The notes beneath the pieces were generated by a model. It was not told the DNA's origin and made no database searches. It was given only the letters and a program-made list of their open reading frames with translations. Below, piece after piece: positions 46,833 to 55,404 of a stretch of DNA of 64,000 nt. Both the position numbers and the translations under genes were made by a program. How positions within the stretch are numbered: position 1 is the first letter of the stretch; each line of letters opens with the position of its first letter. This DNA comes from Aggregatilineales bacterium (lineage in GTDB: Bacteria; Chloroflexota; Anaerolineae; Aggregatilineales; Phototrophicaceae): positions 3,578 to 67,577 of the forward strand of contig JBBRAA010000016.1 of NCBI GenBank assembly GCA_038207205.1, written 5' to 3'.

Positions 46833-47834
46833 GTGGGCATTGAAGTCATTATTCTGATAGGAGCGGTGATCGCCGCTGTCGGCATTCTGATTTGGGGTGT
46901 TGTCAGCGTGCGGACGGAAAAAGACATTATCGAAGAACGTCTTGGCGCTTACGAAGAGAACAATCAGCAAGCATTTCTGGAATTGAGCGAAAAAGCCAAA
47001 GAAGAAGAAAAAGACCGCGAAAAAGAGCGCCGTCGCGGTATGCTCCAGGAACGCCTGGACAGCATCATCGCAGAACGCAATTTCGCTAAACGCTTTCGTA
47101 TGCAGCTTGCACGAGCCGATATTAAACTGACCGTTTCTGAATACGCCGCGCTCCACGTGATTAGTGTATTCGCGTTTTTCACGGTCGGTTATTTCGTGCT
47201 GTTCGGCAATCAATTGGTCATGGGCGTGCTGTCTGCATTCGTCGGCTTTTTCGCACCACGCATTTATGTCGCGCGCGCCACGCAGCAGCGTTTGATCCGG
47301 TTTGAAAGTCAACTACCCGATACGCTCGGTCTGTGGGTCAACGCCCTGCGTTCTGGGTACAGCGTACTGCAATCGATGGAAGCAATTGCGCGTGATGCGC
47401 CGGATCCGACCGCGACCGAATTCAAGCGCGTCGTGCAAGAAGTCCAAATCGGTATCGATATGGAATCCGCGCTCAATCACTTGCTCAACCGCGTCGAAAG
47501 CGACGACCTGGACCTGGTGCTGACTGCCGTCAATATCAATCGTGAAGTCGGCGGTAACCTGGCAGAAATTCTGGACGTTATCGGTCACACGGTGCGCGAA
47601 CGTATCAAGCTCAAGGGCGAGATTCGTGTGCTCACCGCGCAGGGTCGTATTACCGGTTATGTCATTTCGTTCCTGCCGATCATTTTGGCGCTGTTTCTGT
47701 ATACCATCAACCCCAACTACATGTCGAACTTGTTTGAAAATCGCGCGTGTGGGTGGCCGCTGCTTGGCACTGGCTTAGCGATGATTGGGATTGGTATGGC
47801 ATTGATTCAGAAGATCGTGGATATCGAGGTGTAA
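46833..47834 (+). CDS. tadB: TadB inner-membrane platform protein
   Basis: GTG 46833 after GGTGGGG; QLPDTLGLWVNALRSGYS, EVGGNLAEIL, KLKGEIRVLTAQGR. Confidence 0.9.
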   Translation: MGIEVIILIGAVIAAVGILIWGVVSVRTEKDIIEERLGAYEENNQQAFLELSEKAKEEEKDREKERRRGMLQERLDSIIAERNFAKRFRMQLARADIKLTVSEYAALHVISVFAFFTVGYFVLFGNQLVMGVLSAFVGFFAPRIYVARATQQRLIRFESQLPDTLGLWVNALRSGYSVLQSMEAIARDAPDPTATEFKRVVQEVQIGIDMESALNHLLNRVESDDLDLVLTAVNINREVGGNLAEILDVIGHTVRERIKLKGEIRVLTAQGRITGYVISFLPIILALFLYTINPNYMSNLFENRACGWPLLGTGLAMIGIGMALIQKIVDIEV

Positions 47835-47837
47835 TTC

Positions 47838-48785
47838 ATGGATCCTATTTTTGTATTGATCATTGCGGTTGTTGGCGCAGCAGTCGTCGGCGCGCTGGTT
47901 TATGTTGGCGTGCGTGAGGACGAAGGACGCGATCCGCTCCAGGAACGTCTGGCGCAGTACGAAGATAAAGACATTCCGCAGTCGCTGGAAGAGATCGAAC
48001 TATCGCTCTCGTTCAAAGATCGTGTTTTGATGCCGACCGTCAAGCGAGTCGCCAATATCACGACAACCTTCACGCCGCAAAAGCAACTTGAAGATATTCG
48101 CCATCAGATCGAACTGGCAGGCATGACCACCGATGCGGCATCGTTCTTCACGCTGCGTATTTTGGTTACGGTGGCGATGGGCGTCGGCGCATTTCTCGTG
48201 TTCTGGGTCATCGCCCCAAATGCGTTCCCGCGCACGCAAGCGCTCGCCTTCACGGTCGGCTTTACCGCCATCGGTTACTTCTTGCCGATTATGCTCGTCA
48301 AAAGCCGCATCAAGCGTCGCCAGAATTCAATTATCAAGGCGTTGCCCGATGCGCTCGACTTGCTGGTGATTTGCGTCGAAGCAGGTCTCGGCTTCGATAT
48401 GGCGATGGGCAAAGTGTTTGAAAAGTGGGATAACGACCTCGCGGTCGCGTTCGGTCGCGTGCTGCGTGAACTTCAATTAGGCAAAAGCCGCCGCGAAGCG
48501 TTGCGCGATATGGCAACTCGTATGGATGTCCCCGACGTGACCACGTTTGTCGCGGCGATCATTCAGGCGGATCAACTCGGCGTTAGCATGGGCAAGATTT
48601 TGCGCGTCCAAGCCGACCAGATGCGCGTCAAGCGCCGTCAGCGCGCACAAGAAAAAGCGCATCAAGCGCCAGTCAAGATGATTATCCCGATGGTATTCCT
48701 GATATTCCCATCGATCTGGATCGTGTTGTTGGGTCCGTCGATTATCTTGCTGTTCGGCAGCCAGGAAGCTAACGCAGTCTTCTAA
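47838..48785 (+). CDS. tadC: TadC inner-membrane platform protein
   Basis: LPDALDLLVICVEAGLGFD, LGKSRREAL, QADQLGVS, EKAHQAPVKMIIP. Confidence 0.92.
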   Translation: MDPIFVLIIAVVGAAVVGALVYVGVREDEGRDPLQERLAQYEDKDIPQSLEEIELSLSFKDRVLMPTVKRVANITTTFTPQKQLEDIRHQIELAGMTTDAASFFTLRILVTVAMGVGAFLVFWVIAPNAFPRTQALAFTVGFTAIGYFLPIMLVKSRIKRRQNSIIKALPDALDLLVICVEAGLGFDMAMGKVFEKWDNDLAVAFGRVLRELQLGKSRREALRDMATRMDVPDVTTFVAAIIQADQLGVSMGKILRVQADQMRVKRRQRAQEKAHQAPVKMIIPMVFLIFPSIWIVLLGPSIILLFGSQEANAVF

Positions 48786-48847
48786 ACCATCGAAACATGG
48801 ATACACGACGACAGGCATAACCATCAAGCTGCTTAAGACTTCACCGG

Positions 48848-48880
48848 AGAAGCTCAGATAAGCCTGAGCTTCTTTCGTTT
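48848..48880 (+). terminator. Intrinsic terminator after tadC
   Basis: AGAAGCTCAG-ataagc-CTGAGCTTCT followed by TTCGTTT. Confidence 0.75.
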
Positions 48881-48911
48881 GCGGGTGATAACCCGCACGT
48901 GAGTTTCAACT

Positions 48912-49556
48912 ATGAATGCTTTTCTCGATTTACTTTTTCCTCCGCGCTGTGCGGTATGTACGCGCGTTGATTATCTTTTGTGTCCGCGCTGCTTGGCATC
49001 ACTGCCCCCACCATCAACCTTCAATCGTGCCGCGCCCTCTCCTCTCCACGCCGTCACTGCAACAGGTTATCATGTCGATGCGCTTCGTGCGCTCGTCAAG
49101 ACGATGAAATACGCCAGTGATCTCAAAACGGCGCGCCATTTGACCGTCATTTTGGCAAAGCGGCTGCATAATGCGCTTACCCTAACGGGCTGGCAAGTCG
49201 ATTTATTGGTGGCAGTACCGCTCCATAACAGCCGCCAGCATAAACGCGGATTTAATCAAGCGGCGCTGCTGGCATCGGCACTGGCAGATCAAACCGGGCT
49301 GCTTTATGCGCCGTCTGCCCTACAGCGCACGCGCGCGACCCGATCTCAGGTTGGTTTGGATATGCACCAACGACGGCTGAATATGTATGGCGCATTCCAG
49401 GCGGAGTCGTCACTGGTGGCAGGCAGGCACATCGTGCTCATTGACGATGTATTTACCACAGGGGCAACACTGGCGGCAAGCGCAGAGGCATTGATGAATG
49501 CAGGCGCGCACAGTGTATATGGTTTGACCGTGACAACAGCCCCACTTACCCCTTAA
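48912..49556 (+). CDS. comF: ComF/ComFC family zinc-ribbon phosphoribosyltransferase-like protein
   Basis: LFPPRCAVC..LLCPRC, VPLH..RGFNQA, QVGL..R..N, LIDDVFTTGATL. Confidence 0.9.
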   Translation: MNAFLDLLFPPRCAVCTRVDYLLCPRCLASLPPPSTFNRAAPSPLHAVTATGYHVDALRALVKTMKYASDLKTARHLTVILAKRLHNALTLTGWQVDLLVAVPLHNSRQHKRGFNQAALLASALADQTGLLYAPSALQRTRATRSQVGLDMHQRRLNMYGAFQAESSLVAGRHIVLIDDVFTTGATLAASAEALMNAGAHSVYGLTVTTAPLTP

Positions 49557-49585
49557 AATTACTTTTTCACGAGGAGTGAATCATC

Positions 49586-50185
49586 ATGGATATTAAAGTT
49601 CGTGCCGATAACATCAACATCAATCCGGTAATGGAGGAGCACATTCTCAAAAAGTTAAATCGATTAACGCGCTATTTACCGAATATTGCCGATGTCTATG
49701 TTGAATTTACACGCCAGCGCAGTCGTCACGGCGACGACCAAACCATCGCCCAGATCACGGTGCGCCATATGCGTGGCACAATTTTACGCGCCGAAGAAGC
49801 GGTCGAAGGCGAAAACATCGAAGCCGCGTTGACCAAGGCGTTGGATAATATGTACCGCCGAATCGAACGCTTTAAGGGCAAACAAACGCGCAAGGGGAAA
49901 ACACGTTTTAGCCTGTCGTTGGAAGAACTCGATCTCGCGGAAGAAAGTCCGCACGAAGAACCAGCATCCCAGGCACTCGCGACCGCGACTAACCCACAGC
50001 CTGAAGAAATTATCAGGCGCAAAACGGTCGATCTTGTCACGATGAACGAAGAAGAAGCCGTCGAACAACTTGAATTGCTCGGTCACACATTTTTCATGTT
50101 TTTCAACGAAGGCACCATGTCGGTCAATGTGCTGTATAAGCGCAAAGACGGCGGCTACGGCATTCTTGTCCCCAATTTGGTATAG
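49586..50185 (+). CDS. hpf: Long-form ribosome hibernation promoting factor
   Basis: GGAG RBS; KKLNRLTRY, LRAEE, RRIERFKGK; C-terminal domain MNEEEAVEQLELLGHTFFMFFN..VNVLYKRKDGGYG. Confidence 0.9.
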   Translation: MDIKVRADNININPVMEEHILKKLNRLTRYLPNIADVYVEFTRQRSRHGDDQTIAQITVRHMRGTILRAEEAVEGENIEAALTKALDNMYRRIERFKGKQTRKGKTRFSLSLEELDLAEESPHEEPASQALATATNPQPEEIIRRKTVDLVTMNEEEAVEQLELLGHTFFMFFNEGTMSVNVLYKRKDGGYGILVPNLV

Positions 50186-50190
50186 ATACC

Positions 50191-50223
50191 TTATCGGAGC
50201 GACCTGGTGGATCGCTCCGATAA
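50191..50223. terminator. Perfect 12-bp hairpin between convergent hpf and GT2
   Basis: TTATCGGAGCGA-cctggtgga-TCGCTCCGATAA; weak T tract. Confidence 0.6.
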
Positions 50224-50280
50224 CATTCTTTAATGACTTCTAATGTAAAGAAAAATGTTAGTTTTAACACGACCAGCATG

Positions 50281-51042
50281 TCAGCGAAAATCATCTTTTT
50301 GCCACAACGCCCGCAGCGTAAGATATTTGCGCAGTTCGTACCATGCCATTAAGCCGCTCAAACGCAGTCCATGCAGCCCAACCCGATAACCTTTAAGCGT
50401 GATAAATCGCCACCAAAAATGGCGAAGCGGCTGCAAGATATAATTTTGCGGCTTAGGACGACTCCCCTGCTCATACATAATTTGGGCATCATAACGTGTA
50501 TAGCGGCGCTGTTTATCGCGAAATTGACGCGCATCGCGATAGTTATGATGCACGATGGGGTGTTCAAGCACGCCCTCACGTCCATTTAAGCGCACTAATT
50601 CGTGAACGCGCACCGCCGGGTCGTAATTCGCCGCACCGACTTTGAGCACGCGTAACTGATAATCGGGATACCATCCCGCACCCAACGTGAGCTTGCCAAA
50701 AATGAAATTGTGACGCGGCATTTTGAATCCGGCATAACCATCCTGCAAGATCGCCGCCCGAATTTCTGCGCCGAGTTCCGGGGTAATGCGTTCATCGGCA
50801 TCGACGAAAACAACCCAATCAGCACCGCCCATAACCGCATTGAGCGCCATGTTTCGCTGCTGTGCATAATCTTCAAAGGGATGCTGCATAACTTCTGCGC
50901 CCGACATACGCGCAACATCAACGGTATCATCCGTACTGTGCGAATCGACGACAATCACACGATCTGCCCAGCACACACTGGCAATACACGCAGCGATATG
51001 ATGACCTTCGTTATAGGTCAAAATGATGGCAACCAGCGTCAT
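50281..51042 (-). CDS. GT2 glycosyltransferase (LgtF/KdtX-like)
   Basis: ILTYNE, VVDSHSTDDT, QRNMAL, FVDADE, YPDYQLR, VHE, IVHH. Confidence 0.88.
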   Translation of the reverse strand: MTLVAIILTYNEGHHIAACIASVCWADRVIVVDSHSTDDTVDVARMSGAEVMQHPFEDYAQQRNMALNAVMGGADWVVFVDADERITPELGAEIRAAILQDGYAGFKMPRHNFIFGKLTLGAGWYPDYQLRVLKVGAANYDPAVRVHELVRLNGREGVLEHPIVHHNYRDARQFRDKQRRYTRYDAQIMYEQGSRPKPQNYILQPLRHFWWRFITLKGYRVGLHGLRLSGLMAWYELRKYLTLRALWQKDDFR

Positions 51043-51055
51043 GGTGACTTTCTTT

Positions 51056-52075
51056 TCAATTTGTGTCTTTGTGTTGATAGTTTTTTATCGCCAGTTGTTC
51101 GATTTGGCGATAAGCATCGCGGAGCGCGGCATCGTCGGTTTGAGCGATCTTACGACGCATCCCCTGGATGATCATCCAGCGGGCTAAACGCGCCTTCCAA
51201 GTCGGGTAATGCTTATCGTATAAGCACAGTCGGCTTTGCCACAAATAGACCATCGCTTGCGGACGCATCTGCGCCGTGCTTTTTCCCGCTAGATGTACGC
51301 TATGCGCCGACGGGACACACATCACACTGTAGCCCGTATTGCGAATACGCCATGCCCAGTCGATTTCTTCACAGTACATAAAAAACTCGTGATCGAACGC
51401 GCCAGTCCGTTCGATCACCTCACGCTTGAGCATCATCGTCGCGCCCAGCACAAAATCAACCGGAAACGGCTGAACGCCCTCATAAAACGCGCGTGGATAC
51501 CGTCCGTTGAACCGATTTTCGATCAAGCGTCCGGGCGTCGGAAAAAATTCTGTCCACAACTGGCGTAAGCCAGGAAACATAAAGGCGCTGTGTTGAAAAC
51601 TGCCATCTTCATACGTGAGCCGCGCCCCGACCAACCCAACTTTAGGATCGTGCATGAGCGCCTCGTATAACGCGCGCGTCGCCCCACTTGTCGTGATCGT
51701 ATCGGGGTTAAGCAAATAAACCGCGTTAGGAAGTGCGATTTTGGCGTCTCCTATCCTCGCTTGTGTAACAGCGGCGTTTAGAGGGAGAGGCGTATCCGGT
51801 AACTTGAATCCAATCTGGCGCAACACGCGATTATTACCGCGCACAAAACCGAGATTTTCTGCACTGGCGATCACGCGTACATCCGAAAACTGCGCCTGAA
51901 TCGCCTCGACCGTATCATCTGTAGACGCATTATCGATCACCCATATCTCACTGGATAATCCGCTTGCACGCAAATCATCGCGCACCGAGCGGATCGCCTG
52001 TAAGACCAGATCGCGCACGTTCCACGACACGATGACGACCGCTAGATCAAGAGTGCTATTCCGTTCATTGGGCAT
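51056..52075 (-). CDS. GT2 glycosyltransferase (WbbL-like)
   Basis: VIVSWN, IDNASTD, ENLGFVRGNN, LLNPD, GATMML, FFMYCEEIDW, VHLAGKS. Confidence 0.88.
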   Translation of the reverse strand: MPNERNSTLDLAVVIVSWNVRDLVLQAIRSVRDDLRASGLSSEIWVIDNASTDDTVEAIQAQFSDVRVIASAENLGFVRGNNRVLRQIGFKLPDTPLPLNAAVTQARIGDAKIALPNAVYLLNPDTITTSGATRALYEALMHDPKVGLVGARLTYEDGSFQHSAFMFPGLRQLWTEFFPTPGRLIENRFNGRYPRAFYEGVQPFPVDFVLGATMMLKREVIERTGAFDHEFFMYCEEIDWAWRIRNTGYSVMCVPSAHSVHLAGKSTAQMRPQAMVYLWQSRLCLYDKHYPTWKARLARWMIIQGMRRKIAQTDDAALRDAYRQIEQLAIKNYQHKDTN

Positions 52076-52104
52076 GGAGTGCCATGCCCCTACAATCGCG
52101 CATC

Positions 52105-53085
52105 TTAATTCCCAATCGTCGCTAGGTTTAAGCCCGTAGCAGCGATGAAGGCATCCCAGCCCTCAAGATCAATTTCCGTGACGCGGACAATACGAGTCTG
52201 GGTAAGCAGCGGCTGTAAAAGTGCAGCGCTATCCGCATTTTCCGCCAACGCAATCAGTGCATCTTTAAGTGCCTCGCGTGAGCCAAGCGGCAGCGACGGC
52301 GGCATCATCAAAATGGCGTGTGGCATGGTAGCGTTTTGCGGCAGTTCACGCACATCGCCGTCGAACGCCGTGAGATCGGCGCTCGCAATACCAGCAGCAT
52401 CGCAATCACGGTCGGCAACAGCCTGAAGCAGCGCTTCGGTATCATCGTAATCAGTGATATTACGCAGCGAAGTCGGTGAGACACCGCTTGCCTGCATCAT
52501 CAACGCTGGGACAAGCCATGTAAACGCGTCACTCACACTGATACGACAGAAGCGGCGGTTCTCCAGTTCGATGATGTTATCGATGGTCGATGCACTCGGC
52601 ACGACGATGACGATTTGTTCACCCGTTCCGTTTTCACGCTCGATAAATAACGCTGGTACGGCGCACGCTTGCGCGAGCGCGGCGGCATATGTAATGCCAT
52701 CCACCCATGCCACTGCAACAGGACCTGCGGGCGATGCACATAACGCCGTCAATGCATCTGCGCCACGTTCAGCGACCTGTATGTCTACAGCAATGCCAGC
52801 GCTCTCCAGCAGCGCCGCGCTCACATCATCGACCGCGATGTTGATTTCACTGCGCGACACATTGCGCACGTCCGTGAACAGCATAACGATCGGGTTATCT
52901 TCACTCCCCGGGGGTGGCGGGGTGGCGATAGTCGGGAGCGGCGTCGAGCGCGGTGTAAAGGTCGGTGTCGGCTGCGACGTGGGTCCTAAATCCGGCGCAG
53001 CGCTGCGACAGCCTGCCAGCATAACAACGGCGATCAAGATGACCACCAAAACATGATGTGTGAAAAAGCGTGAGTCGGTAGGCAC
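52105..53085 (-). CDS. PhnD/SsuA-like substrate-binding lipoprotein (orphan)
   Basis: GAGGAAGG RBS; lipobox MLAG|C; T/P linker; QIVIVVP..LENRRFC..DAFTWLVP..LLQAVADRDCDAAG pattern. Confidence 0.65.
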   Translation of the reverse strand: MPTDSRFFTHHVLVVILIAVVMLAGCRSAAPDLGPTSQPTPTFTPRSTPLPTIATPPPPGSEDNPIVMLFTDVRNVSRSEINIAVDDVSAALLESAGIAVDIQVAERGADALTALCASPAGPVAVAWVDGITYAAALAQACAVPALFIERENGTGEQIVIVVPSASTIDNIIELENRRFCRISVSDAFTWLVPALMMQASGVSPTSLRNITDYDDTEALLQAVADRDCDAAGIASADLTAFDGDVRELPQNATMPHAILMMPPSLPLGSREALKDALIALAENADSAALLQPLLTQTRIVRVTEIDLEGWDAFIAATGLNLATIGN

Positions 53086-53129
53086 TTGTGCGCCTTCCTC
53101 ATGATAAAAGCGGATAAAGTTTCCCTATT

Positions 53130-53843
53130 CTATCGCGGATTCTTCTTGCCGAACGTAAGTTTAGTCGTCACTTCGCGGATCGTGGTTTTTGGCAAACTTG
53201 TCACGTATACAGCCAGATAATTTTCGACCCTCGGGCGATGCAGTTTGATCGCCTCACGCAGCACCCATGAGATCGCCTTGATAATACGCTTGTCCTTTTC
53301 GCTTTTGAGCGCGTCGATATGCGCGAACGCCAGCGCGACTGGGCGTTCATCCGATGACTCGCGCACAGAACGGATTAGGATGACGAGACTGGCACGCTGC
53401 AAATTCAAGTTCGGTGACGCACACAAGCGCTGCAAAAACGCACGCCACGCCTCCCATCGTGCCAACAGTTCATCCGCCGTGAAAGTCGATTGACATGTGC
53501 CATCGATTTCTTTCCAACCCTCTAATTGACGTAACCAGCGCTCGAAGTTCTCAAGCGGCATAAGCTGCCTTAACGACTTGTATTCGCCCAACACCATCCC
53601 TGCCAACAGCCGATGATCGACTGATTCTCCACTATACAGCACGTCGAGCACTGCTATCCAATCGTCTAACATCAGTGTTCGATGTGCTGACGCCCATGTC
53701 TTCACGAAAAGACGTAAGTGTGGCACAGGTATTCCATATTCGGGGCGGCTTGATCCACTATTGTTTTCTGTAGTGCCTTTGCGACCGCCTCCATGCAGCG
53801 CCATTTGAATAAAATCTTCAAAATCTGTCGCCTTTTCACTCAC
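53130..53843 (-). CDS. DNA alkylation repair (AlkD-like) HEAT protein
   Basis: YGIPVPHLR, WKEIDG, DKRIIKAISWVLRE; GTGA overlap with upstream stop. Confidence 0.7.
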   Translation of the reverse strand: MSEKATDFEDFIQMALHGGGRKGTTENNSGSSRPEYGIPVPHLRLFVKTWASAHRTLMLDDWIAVLDVLYSGESVDHRLLAGMVLGEYKSLRQLMPLENFERWLRQLEGWKEIDGTCQSTFTADELLARWEAWRAFLQRLCASPNLNLQRASLVILIRSVRESSDERPVALAFAHIDALKSEKDKRIIKAISWVLREAIKLHRPRVENYLAVYVTSLPKTTIREVTTKLTFGKKNPR

Positions 53844-55222
53844 GGGATTAACTCAATTTGACGTGCACCGACATTTCGATTGACCTCCGAAATTTCGACC
53901 TGTTCATGTATCAAGCCCGCCCAGCAGTTTTGCGGGTTACGCGCTTCTAACCGTGTCATGCGAATCGCGCCCCAGACCACACTGCGCGTGCCCGGTGCGA
54001 GATAGCTGTAAGTATTACCCGTTTCGGGGTCTTGTACCGTCGTCAGCGTTTCAGCATCTCCGACCGCCCACCGCCAGGGATAATCACGTGCCGCCGTCGT
54101 ACAGTCGATGCCGACACGCCACGCGCCCGCCTCTTCAAACCAACCAAGCGTACTTTCAAACTGATCCCAGTCATAGACCGTACCGGGCGGCGGACCGCTC
54201 GTACGAATCGGCACATCGCTGTAATTTTCGATTGTCAACTTGAACACCAGCAGGTCGCCAATCGGCATGGTGATCGCCGTCATGCTTAGGCTTTCAGCGT
54301 TGGTAGGCGGTGTGATCAAGTCGCCTGGCTGTTCACGGGTCGCAGTATAGCGATTGTCAAACGGCTGAGTCTCAAAGACAACCGTTGCCCCGTTGGGCTG
54401 CGCCACGATTTGCGCCAGCGGCTTACCGCCCTGCTCGATACGGAAATCGACTGAACGGCGCACTTCCTGACCCACCAGATCACGGGCGAACGCCACCAGT
54501 GTGTAATCGCCATCCGGCGGTGGATTTGCGCCCAGATCAACGCCACCATCGAAGTCGTACAGATGCCGCCCTGCTTCGCCGCGCTGTGTTTCTTCAATCC
54601 GTTCAGGAATGAAAATCAGCGCGCCACCCTCGCGCGGCTGCAAATATACAGAGAGTGTTGAGTCTTTGACCAAAAAGACATTGACCTGTGTTCGATCTGA
54701 GATTCCGTCCTGATTGGGCGTAAAGGTCGTCGGGAATACCGTAAACTCGGTAATTTCGGGCAGCGGCGCGTCACCATCCTCGATGAGCAAGATACCAGTG
54801 ACTTCGGCGGCTTCAGAACTTTCTGTAGCAGTCGCGGATAGTCGCCATGTATACGTGCCATCTGGAATTAATCGGCGAAGCACTTCACCGCTGATCGTTT
54901 CGCCACCGCGTGTAAATCCATCGACGACGCCGCTAAACGCAACATTGTAATCACCAGGCGCGCGTGCTTCGTCTTGCCGAAAAACGAACGTCGTCCCGTC
55001 ATCGCTTGTCAGCGCCAGCGTAACGGTAGCCGCGCGTGACAGTCCATAGCTAAATACTGTCACATCGTCACTGCCATCAGCGTTCGGGGTGATCGTTGTC
55101 GGTTCAAACGCCGCCGCCGAGATCAATGCACGCGGCGGGTCAAGCAGCGCCATACCAGCGACAATCACGATGATTCCCGCGACCAACGCTGCCAGCACAG
55201 TCAAAATAATGGGTAGCCGCAT
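53840..55222 (-). CDS. Membrane-anchored secreted protein with two FlgD-Ig-like modules
   Basis: N-terminal TM; duplicated ITPNADGSDD..PDGTYTW and FTPNQDGISD..PDGDYTL modules; C-terminal GPPPGTVY..WRVGID..YPWRW domain. Confidence 0.65.
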   Translation of the reverse strand: MRLPIILTVLAALVAGIIVIVAGMALLDPPRALISAAAFEPTTITPNADGSDDVTVFSYGLSRAATVTLALTSDDGTTFVFRQDEARAPGDYNVAFSGVVDGFTRGGETISGEVLRRLIPDGTYTWRLSATATESSEAAEVTGILLIEDGDAPLPEITEFTVFPTTFTPNQDGISDRTQVNVFLVKDSTLSVYLQPREGGALIFIPERIEETQRGEAGRHLYDFDGGVDLGANPPPDGDYTLVAFARDLVGQEVRRSVDFRIEQGGKPLAQIVAQPNGATVVFETQPFDNRYTATREQPGDLITPPTNAESLSMTAITMPIGDLLVFKLTIENYSDVPIRTSGPPPGTVYDWDQFESTLGWFEEAGAWRVGIDCTTAARDYPWRWAVGDAETLTTVQDPETGNTYSYLAPGTRSVVWGAIRMTRLEARNPQNCWAGLIHEQVEISEVNRNVGARQIELIP

Positions 55223-55292
55223 CGCACCTCAGGTTTAGTATGGGGTCGTTTAGATAGACAATCAGTCTAGTCGATGCGTTCCGTTTTTTCGA

Positions 55293-55378
55293 GTAACGAT
55301 TGTTGGGGTTATTGCGAACGACATCCCCCCACAAACCGTTACGGACTGCGCTTTGCAGGGGCAGAACTCAGACCCGCC
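55293..55378. repeat. Intergenic hairpin plus degenerate GTAG-type REP-like arm
   Basis: GTAACG..TGGGG/CCCC..CGTTAC stem (55293-55342); GCAGGGGCAGAACTCAGACCCGCC (55355-55378). Confidence 0.3.
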
Positions 55379-55404
55379 GGCACTGGCGACTCACTGGGTC
55401 GCAC

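Noticed and set aside
50281-51042. LgtF/KdtX-like GT2 as evidence of LPS
   Set aside because: The family is broad, and no lipid A/Kdo or outer-membrane genes occur in the window
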